Source of the DNA: Escherichia coli
GTDB taxonomy: Bacteria > Pseudomonadota > Gammaproteobacteria > Enterobacterales > Enterobacteriaceae
Strand: one strand, 5' to 3'
DNA: 64,000 nt
Assembly: GCF_003018255.1 (NCBI RefSeq)
Contig: NZ_CP027440.1
Below are positions 37,304 through 57,280 of this stretch, one piece after another (position 1 is the first letter of the stretch; every line of letters begins with the position of its first letter). A model generated the notes under the pieces. It worked only from the letters and a program-made list of their open reading frames with translations, was not told the DNA's origin and did not search any database. Made by a program: the position numbers and the translations under genes.

Positions 37304-37894
37304 TCACCGTTTCGGCGTCACATCCGTCGTCCCCTGCAAACGGGGGCGATTTTCCTCCATTTGCCTCAGTGGCTGCGTTTCATGTAATGATGCATGACAG
37401 CGCCCGACAAGATCCTTATACTCTTTGGTATTCAACCGTTTCCAGTGTAACTCGTCGTCACTCACGCTGCGTACAGCGCGGGCTGGCGTACCCATCAACA
37501 ACTGGCGTTTCTCGCCGCGAAAGCCCGCTTTGACAAAGCTCATAGCGGCAACAATGCTCTCTTCGCCAATGATCGCGCCATCCATAATCACGCTGTTCAT
37601 CCCGACCAGTGCATCGCGACCAATCACACAACCATGCAGGATCGCTCCGTGCCCGATATGGCCGTTTTCCCCAACGATGGTGTCAGTGTCGCAGTAGCCA
37701 TGCATAATGCAGCCATCCTGAATATTGGCTCCCGCTTGCACGATCAACCGCCCGTAGTCACCACGCAGTGAGGCGAGTGGGCCGATGTAGACACCGGCTC
37801 CCACAATCACATCGCCAATCAATACTGCACTGGGATGGACAAACGCCGTCGGGTGAACCACCGGAATTAATCCCTCAAAGGCGTAATAGCTCAC
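37304..37894 (-). CDS. caiE: Carnitine operon protein CaiE (hexapeptide-repeat acyltransferase-like)
   Basis: 196-aa product (GTG start) ...[33 protein letters not shown]... with left-handed beta-helix repeats; an in-frame ATG 21 bp upstream (37915) would give 203 aa. Confidence 0.9.
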   Translation of the reverse strand: MSYYAFEGLIPVVHPTAFVHPSAVLIGDVIVGAGVYIGPLASLRGDYGRLIVQAGANIQDGCIMHGYCDTDTIVGENGHIGHGAILHGCVIGRDALVGMNSVIMDGAIIGEESIVAAMSFVKAGFRGEKRQLLMGTPARAVRSVSDDELHWKRLNTKEYKDLVGRCHASLHETQPLRQMEENRPRLQGTTDVTPKR

Positions 37895-37899
37895 GGTTG

Positions 37900-38685
37900 T
37901 TAACGTCCTTTCCACACCGGATCGCGCTTCTCGGCAAACGCCAGCGGCCCTTCAATGGCATCTTCCGAATGCAGAACCGATGGATAGTGTTTCAACACGC
38001 CGCTGCGAATATAGCGATACGCTTCTTCTACCGGCATTTCGCTGGTGGTGCGGTAGATCTCTTTCAGCGCCGCAATCGCCAGTGGAGCGCTGTTAACCAG
38101 CTGCTGCGCCAGTTCGCGGGCGTTATCCATCAGTTCCGCCTGGCTAACCACGCGGTTGACTATCCCCCAACGCTGCGCCTCTTCTGCGCCCATTCGTCTG
38201 CCGGTCATCACCATTTCATTGACGATGGCAGGCGGCAGGATCTTCGGCAGACGCAGCACGCCGCCGCTGTCAGGAACGATGCCCAGTTTGGCTTCCGGCA
38301 GGGCGAAGCTGGCATTATCGGCACAAACAATAAAATCTGCCGCCAGCGCCAGTTCGAAACCGCCGCCAAAGGCGTAGCCGTTCACAGCTGCGATAACCGG
38401 TTTGTCGAGATTGAAAATTTCGGTTAATCCCGCAAAACCTCCCGGGCCAAAGTCAGCATCCGGTGCTTCGCCTTCTGCTGCCGCTTTTAAATCCCAGCCC
38501 GCGGAAAAGAATTTCTCTCCGGCACCGGTAATAATGGCGACACGTAATTGCGGATCGTCACGGAAATTTAGAAATACTTCGCCCATTTCAAAGCTGGTTT
38601 TTGCATCAATAGCATTCGCTTTTGGACGATCAAGGGTAATTTCCAGAATTGATCCATTGCGGGTCAGATGTAATGATTCACTCAT
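37900..38685 (-). CDS. caiD: Carnitinyl-CoA dehydratase (crotonase family)
   Basis: 261-aa product [38 protein letters not shown]...; the track ORF extends to 38793 (297 aa) but the conserved enoyl-CoA hydratase start is at MSESL. Confidence 0.93.
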   Translation of the reverse strand: MSESLHLTRNGSILEITLDRPKANAIDAKTSFEMGEVFLNFRDDPQLRVAIITGAGEKFFSAGWDLKAAAEGEAPDADFGPGGFAGLTEIFNLDKPVIAAVNGYAFGGGFELALAADFIVCADNASFALPEAKLGIVPDSGGVLRLPKILPPAIVNEMVMTGRRMGAEEAQRWGIVNRVVSQAELMDNARELAQQLVNSAPLAIAALKEIYRTTSEMPVEEAYRYIRSGVLKHYPSVLHSEDAIEGPLAFAEKRDPVWKGR

Positions 38686-38793
38686 TCCTTTTCTCCATTT
38701 TTGCTTTTTCAGGGACGACAACATCCCTGCAAAAAATGCATATTGTTTTAGAGCGTGATTATTAGCTGACAGGGTAGTTCCCTGCCGTTTCAT

Positions 38794-40347
38794 TTATTTC
38801 AGATTCTTTCTAATTATTTTCCCCGAGCAATTACGTGGCAGATCTTTTCTGATCTCCAGATAAGAGGGCACTTTAAATTTCGCCATATTCTGTTCACAGA
38901 AGCAGAAGAATTCCTCTTCGCTCAATGTTTCACCTTCATTCAGCACCACAAATGCTTTGATGGCTTCATCGCGAATCGAATCTTTAATACCCACAACCAC
39001 GATATCCTGAATTTTTGGATGGGTGGCGATGATATTTTCGAGCTCCACGCAGGAGACATTCTCGCCACCGCGTTTGATCATATTGCAGCGGCGATCGACG
39101 AAATAAAAAAAGCCCTCTTCGTCGCGGTATCCGGTATCGCCGGTATGTAGCCAGCCATCGGCTTCCAGCACTTTCGCAGTGGCTTTCGGGTTGAGAAAAT
39201 ACTCTTTGAAGATGGTTTTCCCTGGTACGCCTTTAATACAGATTTCACCGAGCTCACCAGCCGGGAGGGGACGATTGTGATCGTCGCGGATCTCCGCTTC
39301 GTAGCAAAAGCCCGCCCGACCAATCGACGGCCAGCGCCGTTTATCGCCAGGGCGATCGCCGATAATGCCCACAATGGTTTCCGTCATCCCATAAGACGTC
39401 AGCAAGCGAACGCTGAAGCGTTCACAAAACGCGTCTTTTTCCTGCTCCGACAGGTTGAGATAAAACATCACTTCCCGCAGGCAGTGTTGCCGATCGTTGG
39501 CTGAAGGCGGCTGCACCATCAACGTACGAATCATCATCGGAATACATTCGGTAATGGTGGCGCGGTACTTCTGCACCTGTCCCCAGAAGGCGCGGGCGCT
39601 GTATTTCTCGACCAGCACAAAGGTGGCCCCGGCAGAAAACGCCGCCATCGCCGCAGTACACTGGCAATCGATATGAAACGCAGGCATTACCGTCAGGTAG
39701 ACGTCATCGTCACGCAGTGCACACTGCCAGGCGGAGTAATATCCAGCGAAGCGCAGGTTGTAATGAGTTATCACCACCCCTTTCGGTCGGGAGGTGGTGC
39801 CGGAGGTGAAGAGAATTTCCGCCGTATCGTCAGTCGATAGCGGCGGTGCATAGCACAAGGTGGCAGGTTGTTGATTTTTCCGTTGAGTAAACGAACTCAC
39901 GCCATCATCAGCGGGAAGTACCATATCTGTCAGGCAAATGTGCCGCAACTGAGAGGCATCTTCCTGCTGAATCTGTTGATACATAGGATAAAATTGCGCA
40001 CTGGTCACCAGCAGGCACGCCTGGCTATTTTGCAGGATCCACGTGCTTTCTTCGCGCAACAGGCGGGCGTTAATCGGCACCATAATCGCGCCAATTTTTG
40101 CCAACCCGAACCAGCAAAAGATAAATTCCGGGCAGTTGTCGAGATGTAGAGCAACCTTGTCGCCTTTGCGAATCCCCAGCACATAAAACAGGTTTGCCGT
40201 GCGGTTAATCTCCTGATTTAACTCAAGATAACTATACCGGTTAACGACTCCGCTGCTGGATTCACAAATCAGCGCCGTTTTATGACCGTAAACGTCCGCC
40301 AGATCGTCCCACATTTGACGTAGATGTTGTCCGCCAATGATATCCAT
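38794..40347 (-). CDS. caiC: Crotonobetaine/carnitine-CoA ligase
   Basis: 517-aa adenylate-forming enzyme [29 protein letters not shown]... with AMP-binding motif [11 protein letters not shown]. Confidence 0.95.
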   Translation of the reverse strand: MDIIGGQHLRQMWDDLADVYGHKTALICESSSGVVNRYSYLELNQEINRTANLFYVLGIRKGDKVALHLDNCPEFIFCWFGLAKIGAIMVPINARLLREESTWILQNSQACLLVTSAQFYPMYQQIQQEDASQLRHICLTDMVLPADDGVSSFTQRKNQQPATLCYAPPLSTDDTAEILFTSGTTSRPKGVVITHYNLRFAGYYSAWQCALRDDDVYLTVMPAFHIDCQCTAAMAAFSAGATFVLVEKYSARAFWGQVQKYRATITECIPMMIRTLMVQPPSANDRQHCLREVMFYLNLSEQEKDAFCERFSVRLLTSYGMTETIVGIIGDRPGDKRRWPSIGRAGFCYEAEIRDDHNRPLPAGELGEICIKGVPGKTIFKEYFLNPKATAKVLEADGWLHTGDTGYRDEEGFFYFVDRRCNMIKRGGENVSCVELENIIATHPKIQDIVVVGIKDSIRDEAIKAFVVLNEGETLSEEEFFCFCEQNMAKFKVPSYLEIRKDLPRNCSGKIIRKNLK

Positions 40348-40419
40348 TGCACCTCTATCCATTTTGTTCGTTTGTTATTGAGCGGGCGCTAGTCAGGCAA
40401 GCTGACTGACGCCACGCGT

Positions 40420-41655
<1,236 letters not shown>

Positions 41656-41669
41656 TTATGTAGCGCATG

Positions 41670-41757
41670 ACTGCCGGATGCGGCGTAAACGCTTTATCCG
41701 GCCTACATTCGTGCTCCCGTAGGTCTGATAAGACGCGTCAGCGTCGCATCAGGCAGC
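41670..41757. repeat. REP/BIME palindromic units between caiB and caiA
   Basis: GCCGGATGCGGCGTAAACGCTTTATCCGGCCTAC and GTAGGTCTGATAAGACGCGTCAGCGTCGCATCAGGCA. Confidence 0.85.
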
Positions 41758-41765
41758 GCACGGAC

Positions 41766-42908
41766 TTAGCGGTATTGCTTCAGCACCGCGCGACCCAGCG
41801 TCAGGATCTGCATTTCGTCAGATCCCCCGGAAACGCGGTCTACACGCAGGTCACGCCAGAAGCGGCTGATGCGGTGGTTGCCCGCAATCCCGACACCGCC
41901 CAGCACCTGCATTGCGCTATCCACCACTTCAAATGCCGCATTGGCGCAGAAGTATTTGCACATCGCTGCATCGCCAGAGGTGATGGTGCCGTTGTCTGCT
42001 TTCCACGCTGCTTCATACAGCATGTTTTTCATGGAGTTTAATTTGATCGCCATGTGGGCGAATTTTTCCTGAATCAACTGGAAACGACCAATAGCCTCGC
42101 CAAACTGCACGCGCTGGTTGGCGTAGCGCGCCGCATCTTCAAAGGCGCACATCGCCGTACCGTAGTTGGTCAGGGCTACCAGGAAACGTTCATGGTCGAA
42201 CTCTTCTTTGACGCGGTTAAAGCCGTTACCTTCCCGACCGAACATGTCTTTCTCGTCCAGTTCCACGTCGTCAAAAGTGATTTCACAGCAGCTATCCATA
42301 CGCAGACCGAGCTTTTCAAGTTTGGTCACTTTGATGCCCGGTTTGCTCATATCAACAAACCATTCGGTGTAGACAGGTTTGTCCGGAGAAGCCCCGTCGC
42401 GCGCCATCACCACGATGTACGGGGTGTAGGCGCTACTGGTAATAAAACACTTACTACCATTAAGATAAATCTTACCATTTCTACGGGTATAAGTCGTTTT
42501 CAGGCTACCCACGTCGGAGCCTGCGCCCGGTTCGGTAATTGCTGAGTTCCACATCTGCTTACCGGTGCCGCGGAAAGCCATGATCTTGTCGATCTGCTCT
42601 TGCGTACCTTCACGCAGGAAGGTGTTAAACCCGCCCGGTAACTGATACAGCACGTAAGTTGGCGCTCCCAGACGACCCAGTTCCATCCACACGGCGGCGA
42701 GAGTAACAAACCCCGCGTCCAGACCACCGTGTTCTTCCGGGATCAGCAGACTGTCGATACCCATATCCGCCAGGGCTTTGACAAAACGTTCCGGGTAGAC
42801 GCTGTCACGGTCGCACTCGGCAAAATAGGCCTCCCAGTTTTCGCTGGCCATCAGTTCGCGGATACCGGCGACAAACAGTTCCTGCTCATCATTTAAATTA
42901 AAATCCAT
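41766..42908 (-). CDS. caiA: Crotonobetainyl-CoA reductase (acyl-CoA dehydrogenase family)
   Basis: 380-aa [38 protein letters not shown]... Confidence 0.97.
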
Positions 42909-42938
42909 CTTTCAACCTCTTGATATTTTGGGGGTTAA

Positions 42939-44456
<1,518 letters not shown>

Positions 44457-44705
44457 TTAATTCCACTGTGAAAACGAATATTTATTTTGCGTTCCCGTTT
44501 GTTTTATTTTTGTTAACATTTAATATAATTATTATTAACCTCGTGGACGCGTTAATGGCTAACTCATAATGGGTATTCAATAAGCTGCATTCTGTGATTG
44601 TTATCACATTTTTGTTTCGGGTGAATAGAGGGCATTTTTTTCGTTAATTTTGATTATTAATCAGTTTGTTATGCTCTGTTGTGAGTAAAAAAATAGCATC
44701 TGACT

Positions 44706-44836
44706 TTCAATATTGGTGATCCATAAAACAATATTGAAAATTTCTTTTTTCTACGCCATGTTTTCAATATTGGTGAGGAGCTTAACAATATTGAAAGTTG
44801 GATTTATCTGCGTGTGACATTTTCAATATTGGTGAT
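44706..44836. promoter_or_regulatory. cai/fix divergent control region: two complete CaiF-type sites plus a third half-site
   Basis: TTTCAATATTG-N13-CAATATTGAAA occurs twice (44706-44739 and 44763-44796); a third TTTCAATATTGGTGA copy lies at 44821-44835. Matches the reported CaiF site architecture (11-bp inverted half-sites, 13-bp spacer). Confidence 0.75.
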
Positions 44837-44926
44837 TAAAGTTTTATTTCCAAATTAAAGGGCGTGATATCTGTAATTAACACCACCGATATGAACGACG
44901 TTTCCTTCATGATTTCTGGAGATGCA

Positions 44927-45697
44927 ATGAAGATTATTACTTGCTATAAGTGCGTGCCTGATGAACAGGATATTGCGGTCAATAATGCTGATGGTTCATT
45001 AGACTTCAGCAAAGCCGATGCCAAAATAAGCCAATACGATCTCAACGCTATTGAAGCGGCTTGCCAGCTAAAGCAACAGGCAGCAGAGGCGCAGGTGACG
45101 GCCTTAAGTGTGGGCGGTAAAGCCCTGACCAACGCCAAAGGGCGTAAAGATGTGCTATCGCGCGGTCCGGATGAACTGATTGTGGTGATTGATGACCAGT
45201 TCGAGCAGGCACTGCCGCAACAAACGGCGAGCGTACTTGCTGCAGCCGCTCAGAAAGCAGGCTTTGATTTGATCCTCTGTGGCGATGGTTCTTCCGACCT
45301 TTATGCCCAGCAGGTTGGTTTGCTGGTAGGCGAAATCCTTAATATTCCGGCAGTTAACGGCGTCAGCAAAATTATCTCCCTGACTGCAGATACCCTCACC
45401 GTTGAGCGCGAACTGGAAGATGAAACAGAAACCTTAAGCATTCCGCTGCCTGCGGTTGTTGCTGTTTCCACTGATATCAACTCCCCACAAATTCCTTCGA
45501 TGAAAGCCATTCTCGGCGCGGCGAAAAAGCCAGTCCAGGTATGGTCGGCGGCGGATATCGGTTTTAACGCAGAGGCAGCCTGGTCAGAACAACAGGTTGC
45601 TGCGCCGAAACAGCGCGAGCGTCAGCGCATCGTGATTGAAGGCGACGGCGAAGAACAGATCGCCGCATTTGCTGAAAATCTTCGCAAAGTCATTTAA
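44927..45697 (+). CDS. fixA: Electron transfer flavoprotein beta-subunit homolog FixA
   Basis: 256-aa product [27 protein letters not shown]...; the upstream in-frame extension (44864) is not conserved. Confidence 0.95.
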
Positions 45698-45711
45698 TTA
45701 CAGGGGATGCT

Positions 45712-46653
45712 ATGAACACGTTTTCTCAAGTCTGGGTATTCAGCGATACCCCTTCTCGTCTGCCGGAACTGATGAACGGTGCGCAGGCTTTAGCTAATCA
45801 AATCAACACGTTCGTCCTCAATGATGCCGACGGCGCACAGGCAATCCAGCTCGGCGCTAATCATGTCTGGAAATTAAGCGGCAAACCGGACGAGCGGATG
45901 ATCGAAGATTACGCCGGTGTCATGGCTGACACTATTCGCCAGCACGGCGCAGACGGTCTGGTGCTGTTGCCAAACACCCGTCGCGGCAAATTACTGGCGG
46001 CGAAACTGGGTTACCGCCTTAACGCGGCGGTGTCTAACGATGCCAGCGCTGTTAGCGTGCAGGACGGTAAAGCGACAGTGAAACACATGGTTTACGGCGG
46101 TCTGGCGATTGGCGAAGAACGCATTGCCACGCCGTATGCGGTTCTGACCATCAGCAGCGGCACGTTCGATGTGGCTCAGCCAGACGCGTCACGCACTGGC
46201 GAAACGCACACCGTGGAGTGGCAGGCTCCGGCTGTGGCGATTACCCGCACGGCAACCCAGGCGCGTCAGAGCAACAGCGTCGATCTCGACAAAGCCCGCC
46301 TGGTGGTCAGCGTTGGTCGCGGTATTGGCAGCAAAGAGAACATTGCGCTGGCAGAACAGCTTTGCAAGGCGATAGGTGCGGAGTTGGCCTGTTCTCGTCC
46401 GGTGGCGGAAAACGAAAAATGGATGGAGCACGAACGCTATGTCGGTATCTCCAACCTGATGCTGAAACCTGAACTGTACCTGGCGGTGGGGATCTCCGGG
46501 CAGATCCAGCACATGGTTGGCGCTAATGCGTCGCAAACCATTTTCGCCATCAACAAAGATAAAAATGCGCCGATCTTCCAGTACGCGGATTACGGCATTG
46601 TTGGCGACGCCGTGAAGATCCTTCCGGCACTGACCGCAGCTTTAGCGCGTTGA
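45712..46653 (+). CDS. fixB: Electron transfer flavoprotein alpha-subunit homolog FixB
   Basis: 313-aa [33 protein letters not shown]... Confidence 0.97.
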   Translation: MNTFSQVWVFSDTPSRLPELMNGAQALANQINTFVLNDADGAQAIQLGANHVWKLSGKPDERMIEDYAGVMADTIRQHGADGLVLLPNTRRGKLLAAKLGYRLNAAVSNDASAVSVQDGKATVKHMVYGGLAIGEERIATPYAVLTISSGTFDVAQPDASRTGETHTVEWQAPAVAITRTATQARQSNSVDLDKARLVVSVGRGIGSKENIALAEQLCKAIGAELACSRPVAENEKWMEHERYVGISNLMLKPELYLAVGISGQIQHMVGANASQTIFAINKDKNAPIFQYADYGIVGDAVKILPALTAALAR

Positions 46654-46703
46654 TCCACTCTGGCAGGGCTGCATTTTGGCCCTGCCGCTGACAGGGAGCT
46701 CTT

Positions 46704-47990
46704 ATGTCCGAAGATATCTTTGACGCCATCATCGTCGGTGCAGGGCTTGCCGGTTCGGTTGCCGCACTGGTGCTCGCCCGCGAAGGGGCGCAAGTGTTAG
46801 TTATCGAGCGAGGCAATTCCGCTGGTGCCAAGAACGTCACCGGCGGGCGTCTCTATGCCCACAGTCTGGAACACATTATTCCTGGTTTCGCTGACTCCGC
46901 CCCCGTAGAACGCCTGATCACCCATGAAAAACTCGCGTTTATGACGGAAAAGTCTGCGATGACTATGGACTACTGCAACGGTGACGAAACCTCACCATCC
47001 CAGCGTTCTTACTCCGTTTTGCGCAGTAAATTTGATGCCTGGCTGATGGAGCAGGCCGAAGAAGCGGGTGCGCAGTTAATTACCGGGATTCGTGTCGATA
47101 ACCTCGTACAGCGCGATGGCAAAGTTGTCGGCGTAGAAGCCGATGGCGATGTAATTGAAGCGAAAACGGTGATCCTTGCTGACGGGGTGAACTCCATCCT
47201 TGCCGAAAAGCTGGGGATGGCAAAACGCGTTAAACCGACGGATGTGGCGGTTGGCGTGAAGGAACTGATCGAATTACCGAAGTCGGTTATCGAAGACCGT
47301 TTTCAGTTGCAGGGTAATCAGGGTGCGGCTTGCCTGTTTGCGGGTTCCCCCACTGATGGCCTGATGGGCGGCGGCTTTCTTTATACCAATGAAAACACCC
47401 TGTCGCTGGGGCTGGTTTGTGGTTTGCATCATCTGCATGACGCAAAAAAATCGGTGCCGCAAATGCTGGAAGATTTCAAACAACATCCGGCCGTTGCACC
47501 GCTGATCGCGGGCGGCAAGCTGGTGGAATATTCCGCTCACGTAGTGCCGGAAGCAGGTATCAACATGCTGCCGGAGTTGGTTGGTGACGGCGTATTGATT
47601 GCCGGTGATGCTGCCGGAATGTGTATGAACCTCGGTTTTACCATTCGCGGTATGGATCTGGCGATTGCCGCCGGGGAAGCAGCAGCAAAAACTGTGCTTT
47701 CAGCGATGAAAAGCGACGATTTCAGTAAGCAAAAACTCGCGGAATATCGTCAGCATCTTGAGAGTGGCCCGCTGCGCGATATGCGCATGTACCAGAAACT
47801 ACCGGCGTTCCTTGATAACCCACGCATGTTTAGCGGCTACCCGGAACTGGCGGTGGGCGTGGCGCGTGACCTGTTCACCATTGACGGCAGTGCGCCGGAA
47901 CTGATGCGCAAGAAAATCCTCCGCCACGGCAAGAAAGTGGGCTTCATCAATCTGATCAAGGATGGCATGAAAGGAGTGACCGTTTTATGA
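46704..47990 (+). CDS. fixC: FAD-dependent oxidoreductase FixC (ETF-QO-like)
   Basis: 428-aa ORF MSEDIFDAIIVGAGLAGSVAALVLAREGAQVLVIERG... (Rossmann GxGxxG). Confidence 0.97.
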   Translation: MSEDIFDAIIVGAGLAGSVAALVLAREGAQVLVIERGNSAGAKNVTGGRLYAHSLEHIIPGFADSAPVERLITHEKLAFMTEKSAMTMDYCNGDETSPSQRSYSVLRSKFDAWLMEQAEEAGAQLITGIRVDNLVQRDGKVVGVEADGDVIEAKTVILADGVNSILAEKLGMAKRVKPTDVAVGVKELIELPKSVIEDRFQLQGNQGAACLFAGSPTDGLMGGGFLYTNENTLSLGLVCGLHHLHDAKKSVPQMLEDFKQHPAVAPLIAGGKLVEYSAHVVPEAGINMLPELVGDGVLIAGDAAGMCMNLGFTIRGMDLAIAAGEAAAKTVLSAMKSDDFSKQKLAEYRQHLESGPLRDMRMYQKLPAFLDNPRMFSGYPELAVGVARDLFTIDGSAPELMRKKILRHGKKVGFINLIKDGMKGVTVL

Positions 47991-48274
47991 CTTCTCCCGT
48001 CAATGTGGACGTCAAACTGGGCGTCAATAAATTCAATGTCGATGAAGAGCATCCGCACATCGTTGTGAAGGCCGATGCCGATAAACAGGCCCTGGAGCTG
48101 CTGGTGAAAGCGTGCCCCGCAGGTCTGTACAAGAAGCAGGATGACGGCAGTGTGCGCTTCGATTACGCCGGATGTCTGGAGTGCGGCACCTGTCGCATTC
48201 TGGGGCTGGGGTCGGCGCTGGAACAGTGGGAATACCCGCGCGGCACCTTTGGTGTGGAGTTCCGTTACGGCTGA
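47987..48274 (+). CDS. fixX: Ferredoxin-like protein FixX
   Basis: 95-aa ORF MTSPVNVDVKLGVNKFNVDEEHPHIVVKADADKQALELLVKACPAGLYKKQDDGSVRFDYAGCLECGTCRILG...; overlaps the fixC stop by 4 nt. Confidence 0.95.
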   Translation: MTSPVNVDVKLGVNKFNVDEEHPHIVVKADADKQALELLVKACPAGLYKKQDDGSVRFDYAGCLECGTCRILGLGSALEQWEYPRGTFGVEFRYG

Positions 48275-48332
48275 TGTTGGTTTGATACGTAATGCCGTAC
48301 TGACTCTCATTGCAAAAAAACAGGAATAACCC

Positions 48333-49664
48333 ATGCAACCGTCCAGAAACTTTGATGATCTTAAATTCTCCTCTATTCACCGCCGCATTTTGCTGTGGGG
48401 AAGCGGTGGTCCGTTTCTGGATGGTTATGTACTGGTAATGATTGGCGTGGCGCTGGAGCAACTGACTCCGGCGCTGAAACTGGACGCTGACTGGATTGGC
48501 TTGCTGGGCGCGGGAACGCTCGCCGGGCTGTTCGTTGGCACATCGCTGTTTGGCTATATCTCCGATAAAGTCGGACGGCGCAAAATGTTCCTCATTGATA
48601 TCATCGCCATCGGCGTGATATCGGTGGCGACGATGTTTGTCTCATCCCCCGTCGAACTGTTAGTGATGCGGGTACTCATCGGCATTGTCATCGGTGCAGA
48701 TTATCCCATCGCCACTTCGATGATCACTGAGTTCTCCAGTACCCGTCAGCGGGCGTTTTCCATCAGCTTTATTGCCGCGATGTGGTATGTCGGCGCGACC
48801 TGCGCCGATCTGGTCGGTTACTGGCTTTATGATGTGGAAGGTGGTTGGCGCTGGATGCTGGGTAGCGCAGCGATCCCCTGTTTGTTGATTTTGATTGGTC
48901 GATTCGAACTGCCTGAATCTCCCCGCTGGTTGTTACGCAAAGGGCGAGTAAAAGAGTGCGAAGAGATGATGATCAAACTGTTTGGCGAACCGGTGGCTTT
49001 CGATGAAGAGCAGCCGCAGCAAACCCGTTTTCGCGATCTGTTTAATCGCCGCCATTTTCCTTTTGTTCTGTTTGTTGCCGCCATCTGGACCTGCCAGGTG
49101 ATCCCGATGTTCGCCATCTACACCTTTGGCCCGCAAATCGTTGGTTTGTTGGGATTGGGTGTTGGCAAAAACGCGGCACTGGGGAACGTGGTGATTAGCC
49201 TGTTCTTTATGCTCGGCTGTATTCCACCGATGCTGTGGCTAAACACTGCCGGACGGCGTCCATTGTTGATTGGCAGCTTTGCCATGATGACGCTGGCGCT
49301 GGCGGTTTTGGGGCTGATCCCGGATATGGGGATCTGGCTGGTAGTGATGGCATTTGCGGTGTATGCCTTTTTCTCTGGCGGGCCGGGTAATTTGCAGTGG
49401 CTCTATCCTAATGAACTCTTCCCGACGGATATCCGCGCCTCTGCCGTGGGCGTGATTATGTCCTTAAGCCGTATTGGCACTATTGTTTCGACCTGGGCAC
49501 TGCCGATCTTTATCAATAATTACGGTATCAGTAACACGATGCTAATGGGGGCGGGTATCTCGCTGTTTGGCTTGTTGATTTCCGTAGCGTTTGCCCCGGA
49601 GACTCGAGGGATGTCACTGGCGCAGACCAGCAATATGACGATCCGCGGGCAGAGAATGGGGTAA
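48333..49664 (+). CDS. yaaU: MFS-family transporter YaaU
   Basis: 443-aa ORF with 12 predicted TM segments and sugar-transporter-like motifs. Confidence 0.93.
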   Translation: MQPSRNFDDLKFSSIHRRILLWGSGGPFLDGYVLVMIGVALEQLTPALKLDADWIGLLGAGTLAGLFVGTSLFGYISDKVGRRKMFLIDIIAIGVISVATMFVSSPVELLVMRVLIGIVIGADYPIATSMITEFSSTRQRAFSISFIAAMWYVGATCADLVGYWLYDVEGGWRWMLGSAAIPCLLILIGRFELPESPRWLLRKGRVKECEEMMIKLFGEPVAFDEEQPQQTRFRDLFNRRHFPFVLFVAAIWTCQVIPMFAIYTFGPQIVGLLGLGVGKNAALGNVVISLFFMLGCIPPMLWLNTAGRRPLLIGSFAMMTLALAVLGLIPDMGIWLVVMAFAVYAFFSGGPGNLQWLYPNELFPTDIRASAVGVIMSLSRIGTIVSTWALPIFINNYGISNTMLMGAGISLFGLLISVAFAPETRGMSLAQTSNMTIRGQRMG

Positions 49665-49771
49665 TTTGTTCAGATTTCTCTCTTTTCTGAATCAATATTA
49701 TTGACTATAAGCCGCGTGAATATATGACTACACTTTGTGGGAAAACAAAGGCGTAATCACGCGGGCTACCT

Positions 49772-50294
49772 ATGATTCTTATAATTTATGCGCATCCGTA
49801 TCCGCATCATTCCCATGCGAATAAACGGATGCTTGAACAGGCAAGGACGCTGGAAGGCGTCGAAATTCGCTCTCTTTATCAACTCTATCCTGACTTCAAT
49901 ATCGATATTGCCGCCGAGCAGGAGGCGCTGTCTCGCGCCGATCTGATCGTCTGGCAGCACCCGATGCAGTGGTACAGCATTCCTCCGCTTCTTAAACTTT
50001 GGATCGATAAAGTCTTCTCGCACGGCTGGGCTTACGGTCACGGCGGCACGGCGCTGCATGGCAAACATTTACTGTGGGCGGTGACGACCGGCGGTGGGGA
50101 AAGCCATTTTGAGATTGGTGCGCATCCGGGCTTTGATGTGCTGTCACAGCCGCTACAGGCGACGGCAATCTACTGCGGGCTGAACTGGCTGCCACCGTTT
50201 GCCATGCACTGCACCTTTATTTGTGACGACGAAACCCTCGAAGGGCAGGCGCGGCACTATAAGCAACGTCTGCTGGAATGGCAGGAGGCACATC

Positions 50295-50302
<8 letters not shown>
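49772..50302 (+). CDS. kefF: KefC ancillary subunit / quinone oxidoreductase KefF
   Basis: 176-aa [48 protein letters not shown]... Confidence 0.97.
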
Positions 50303-52828
<2,526 letters not shown>

Positions 52829-52849
52829 GTTTGTATAGAATTTACGGCT

Positions 52850-52905
52850 AGTGCCGGATGCGACGCCGGTCGCGTCTTATCCGGCCTTCCTGTATCAGGC
52901 TGTGT
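52850..52905. repeat. REP palindromic unit(s) between convergent folA and apaH
   Basis: GCCGGATGCGACGCCGGTCGCGTCTTATCCGGCC and a flanking partial unit. Confidence 0.8.
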
Positions 52906-53748
52906 TTAAGACGCCGCCGCTTCGCCCAAATCCTTATGCCGGTTCGACGGCTGGACAAAATAGTGTTTATCTTCCCAGCGCAGGCAGGTTAATGTACCAC
53001 CCCAGCAGCAGCCAGTATCCAGCGCGTAAATACCTTCCGGCGTACCTTTGCCTTCCAGCGATGCCCAGTGACCAAAGGCGATGCTGTACTCTTCAGCGAC
53101 AGGGCCAGGAATCGCAAACCACGGTTTCAGTGGGGCAGGGGCCTCTTCCGGCGATTCTTTGCTGTACATATCCAGTTGACCGTTCGGGAAGCAAAAACGC
53201 ATACGGGTAAAGGCGTTGGTGATAAACCGCAGTCTTCCCAGCCCCCGCAATTCCGGTGACCAGTTATTTGGCATATCGCCGTACATGGCATCAAGGAAGA
53301 AGGGGTAGGAGTCGCTCGACAGCACCGCTTCTACATCGCGCGCGCACTCTTTGGCGGTCTGTAGATCCCACTGTGGCGTGATCCCGGCGTGGGCCATCAC
53401 CAGCTTTTTCTCTTCGTCGATTTGCAGCAGAGGCTGGCGACGCAGCCAGTTAAGCAGCTCGTCGGCATCCGGCGCTTCCAGCAGCGGTGTCAGGCGATCT
53501 TTCGGTTTATTGCGGCTGATCCCGGCAAATACCGCCAGCAGATGCAGATCGTGATTGCCCAGCACCAGACGTACGCTGTCGCCTAAGGATTTCACATAGC
53601 GCAGAACATCCAGCGAACCCGGGCCGCGCGCGACCAGATCGCCCGTCAGCCAGAGGGTATCTTTCCCAGGGGTAAATTCTACTTTATGCAGCAATGCGAT
53701 CAGTTCATCGTAACAACCATGAACGTCGCCAATAAGGTATGTCGCCAT
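52906..53748 (-). CDS. apaH: Diadenosine tetraphosphatase (symmetrical Ap4A hydrolase)
   Basis: 280-aa [46 protein letters not shown]... (metallophosphatase GDVHG motif). Confidence 0.98.
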   Translation of the reverse strand: MATYLIGDVHGCYDELIALLHKVEFTPGKDTLWLTGDLVARGPGSLDVLRYVKSLGDSVRLVLGNHDLHLLAVFAGISRNKPKDRLTPLLEAPDADELLNWLRRQPLLQIDEEKKLVMAHAGITPQWDLQTAKECARDVEAVLSSDSYPFFLDAMYGDMPNNWSPELRGLGRLRFITNAFTRMRFCFPNGQLDMYSKESPEEAPAPLKPWFAIPGPVAEEYSIAFGHWASLEGKGTPEGIYALDTGCCWGGTLTCLRWEDKHYFVQPSNRHKDLGEAAAS

Positions 53749-53754
53749 ATTCTT

Positions 53755-54132
53755 TTAATGAATGAGTGTGGGAACGGCGAGTCGGAATACGGGAATGTCG
53801 ATGCTGAAAGGGACGCCATTTTCATCGATCATTTCGTAGTGACCCTGCATGGTGCCCAGCGGGGTTTCAATGATTGCACCGCTGGTGTACTGGTACTCTT
53901 CGCCAGGTGCGATAAGTGGCTGGACGCCAACCACTCCTTCGCCCTGGACTTCGGTTTCACGGCCATTGCCATTGGTGATCAGCCAGTAACGCCCCAACAA
54001 CTGCACTGGCGCTCGCCCCAGATTGCGTATGGTTACGGTATAAGCAAAAACGTAACGTTCATTATCAGGTGAAGATTGTGCCTCAATGTAGACGCTTTGA
54101 ACCTGAATACACACTCGGGGCGAATTGATCAT
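53755..54132 (-). CDS. apaG: ApaG (DUF525) protein
   Basis: 125-aa product [39 protein letters not shown]... Confidence 0.95.
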   Translation of the reverse strand: MINSPRVCIQVQSVYIEAQSSPDNERYVFAYTVTIRNLGRAPVQLLGRYWLITNGNGRETEVQGEGVVGVQPLIAPGEEYQYTSGAIIETPLGTMQGHYEMIDENGVPFSIDIPVFRLAVPTLIH

Positions 54133-54134
54133 CG

Positions 54135-57228
<3,094 letters not shown>

Positions 57229-57280
57229 ACTTTTTCCATTTCAATTAACCGCACTGCGGATTACGTGGTAAATCAACAAA

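Noticed and set aside
38686-38793. N-terminal extension of caiD to a 297-aa ORF; similar upstream in-frame extensions of thrA (5365), lasT (4340), talB (13132), ispH (28684), fixA (44864), kefC (50199), folA (52214), apaG (54186) and djlA (59845).
   Set aside because: Extensions lack RBS support and conserved family alignment begins at the internal start in each case; conserved starts were used.
44700-44840. Regularly spaced direct repeats in the cai-fix spacer as a possible CRISPR array.
   Set aside because: Only three 15-bp copies with 56-59-bp spacing, no cas genes nearby, and the repeats match the known CaiF operator architecture.
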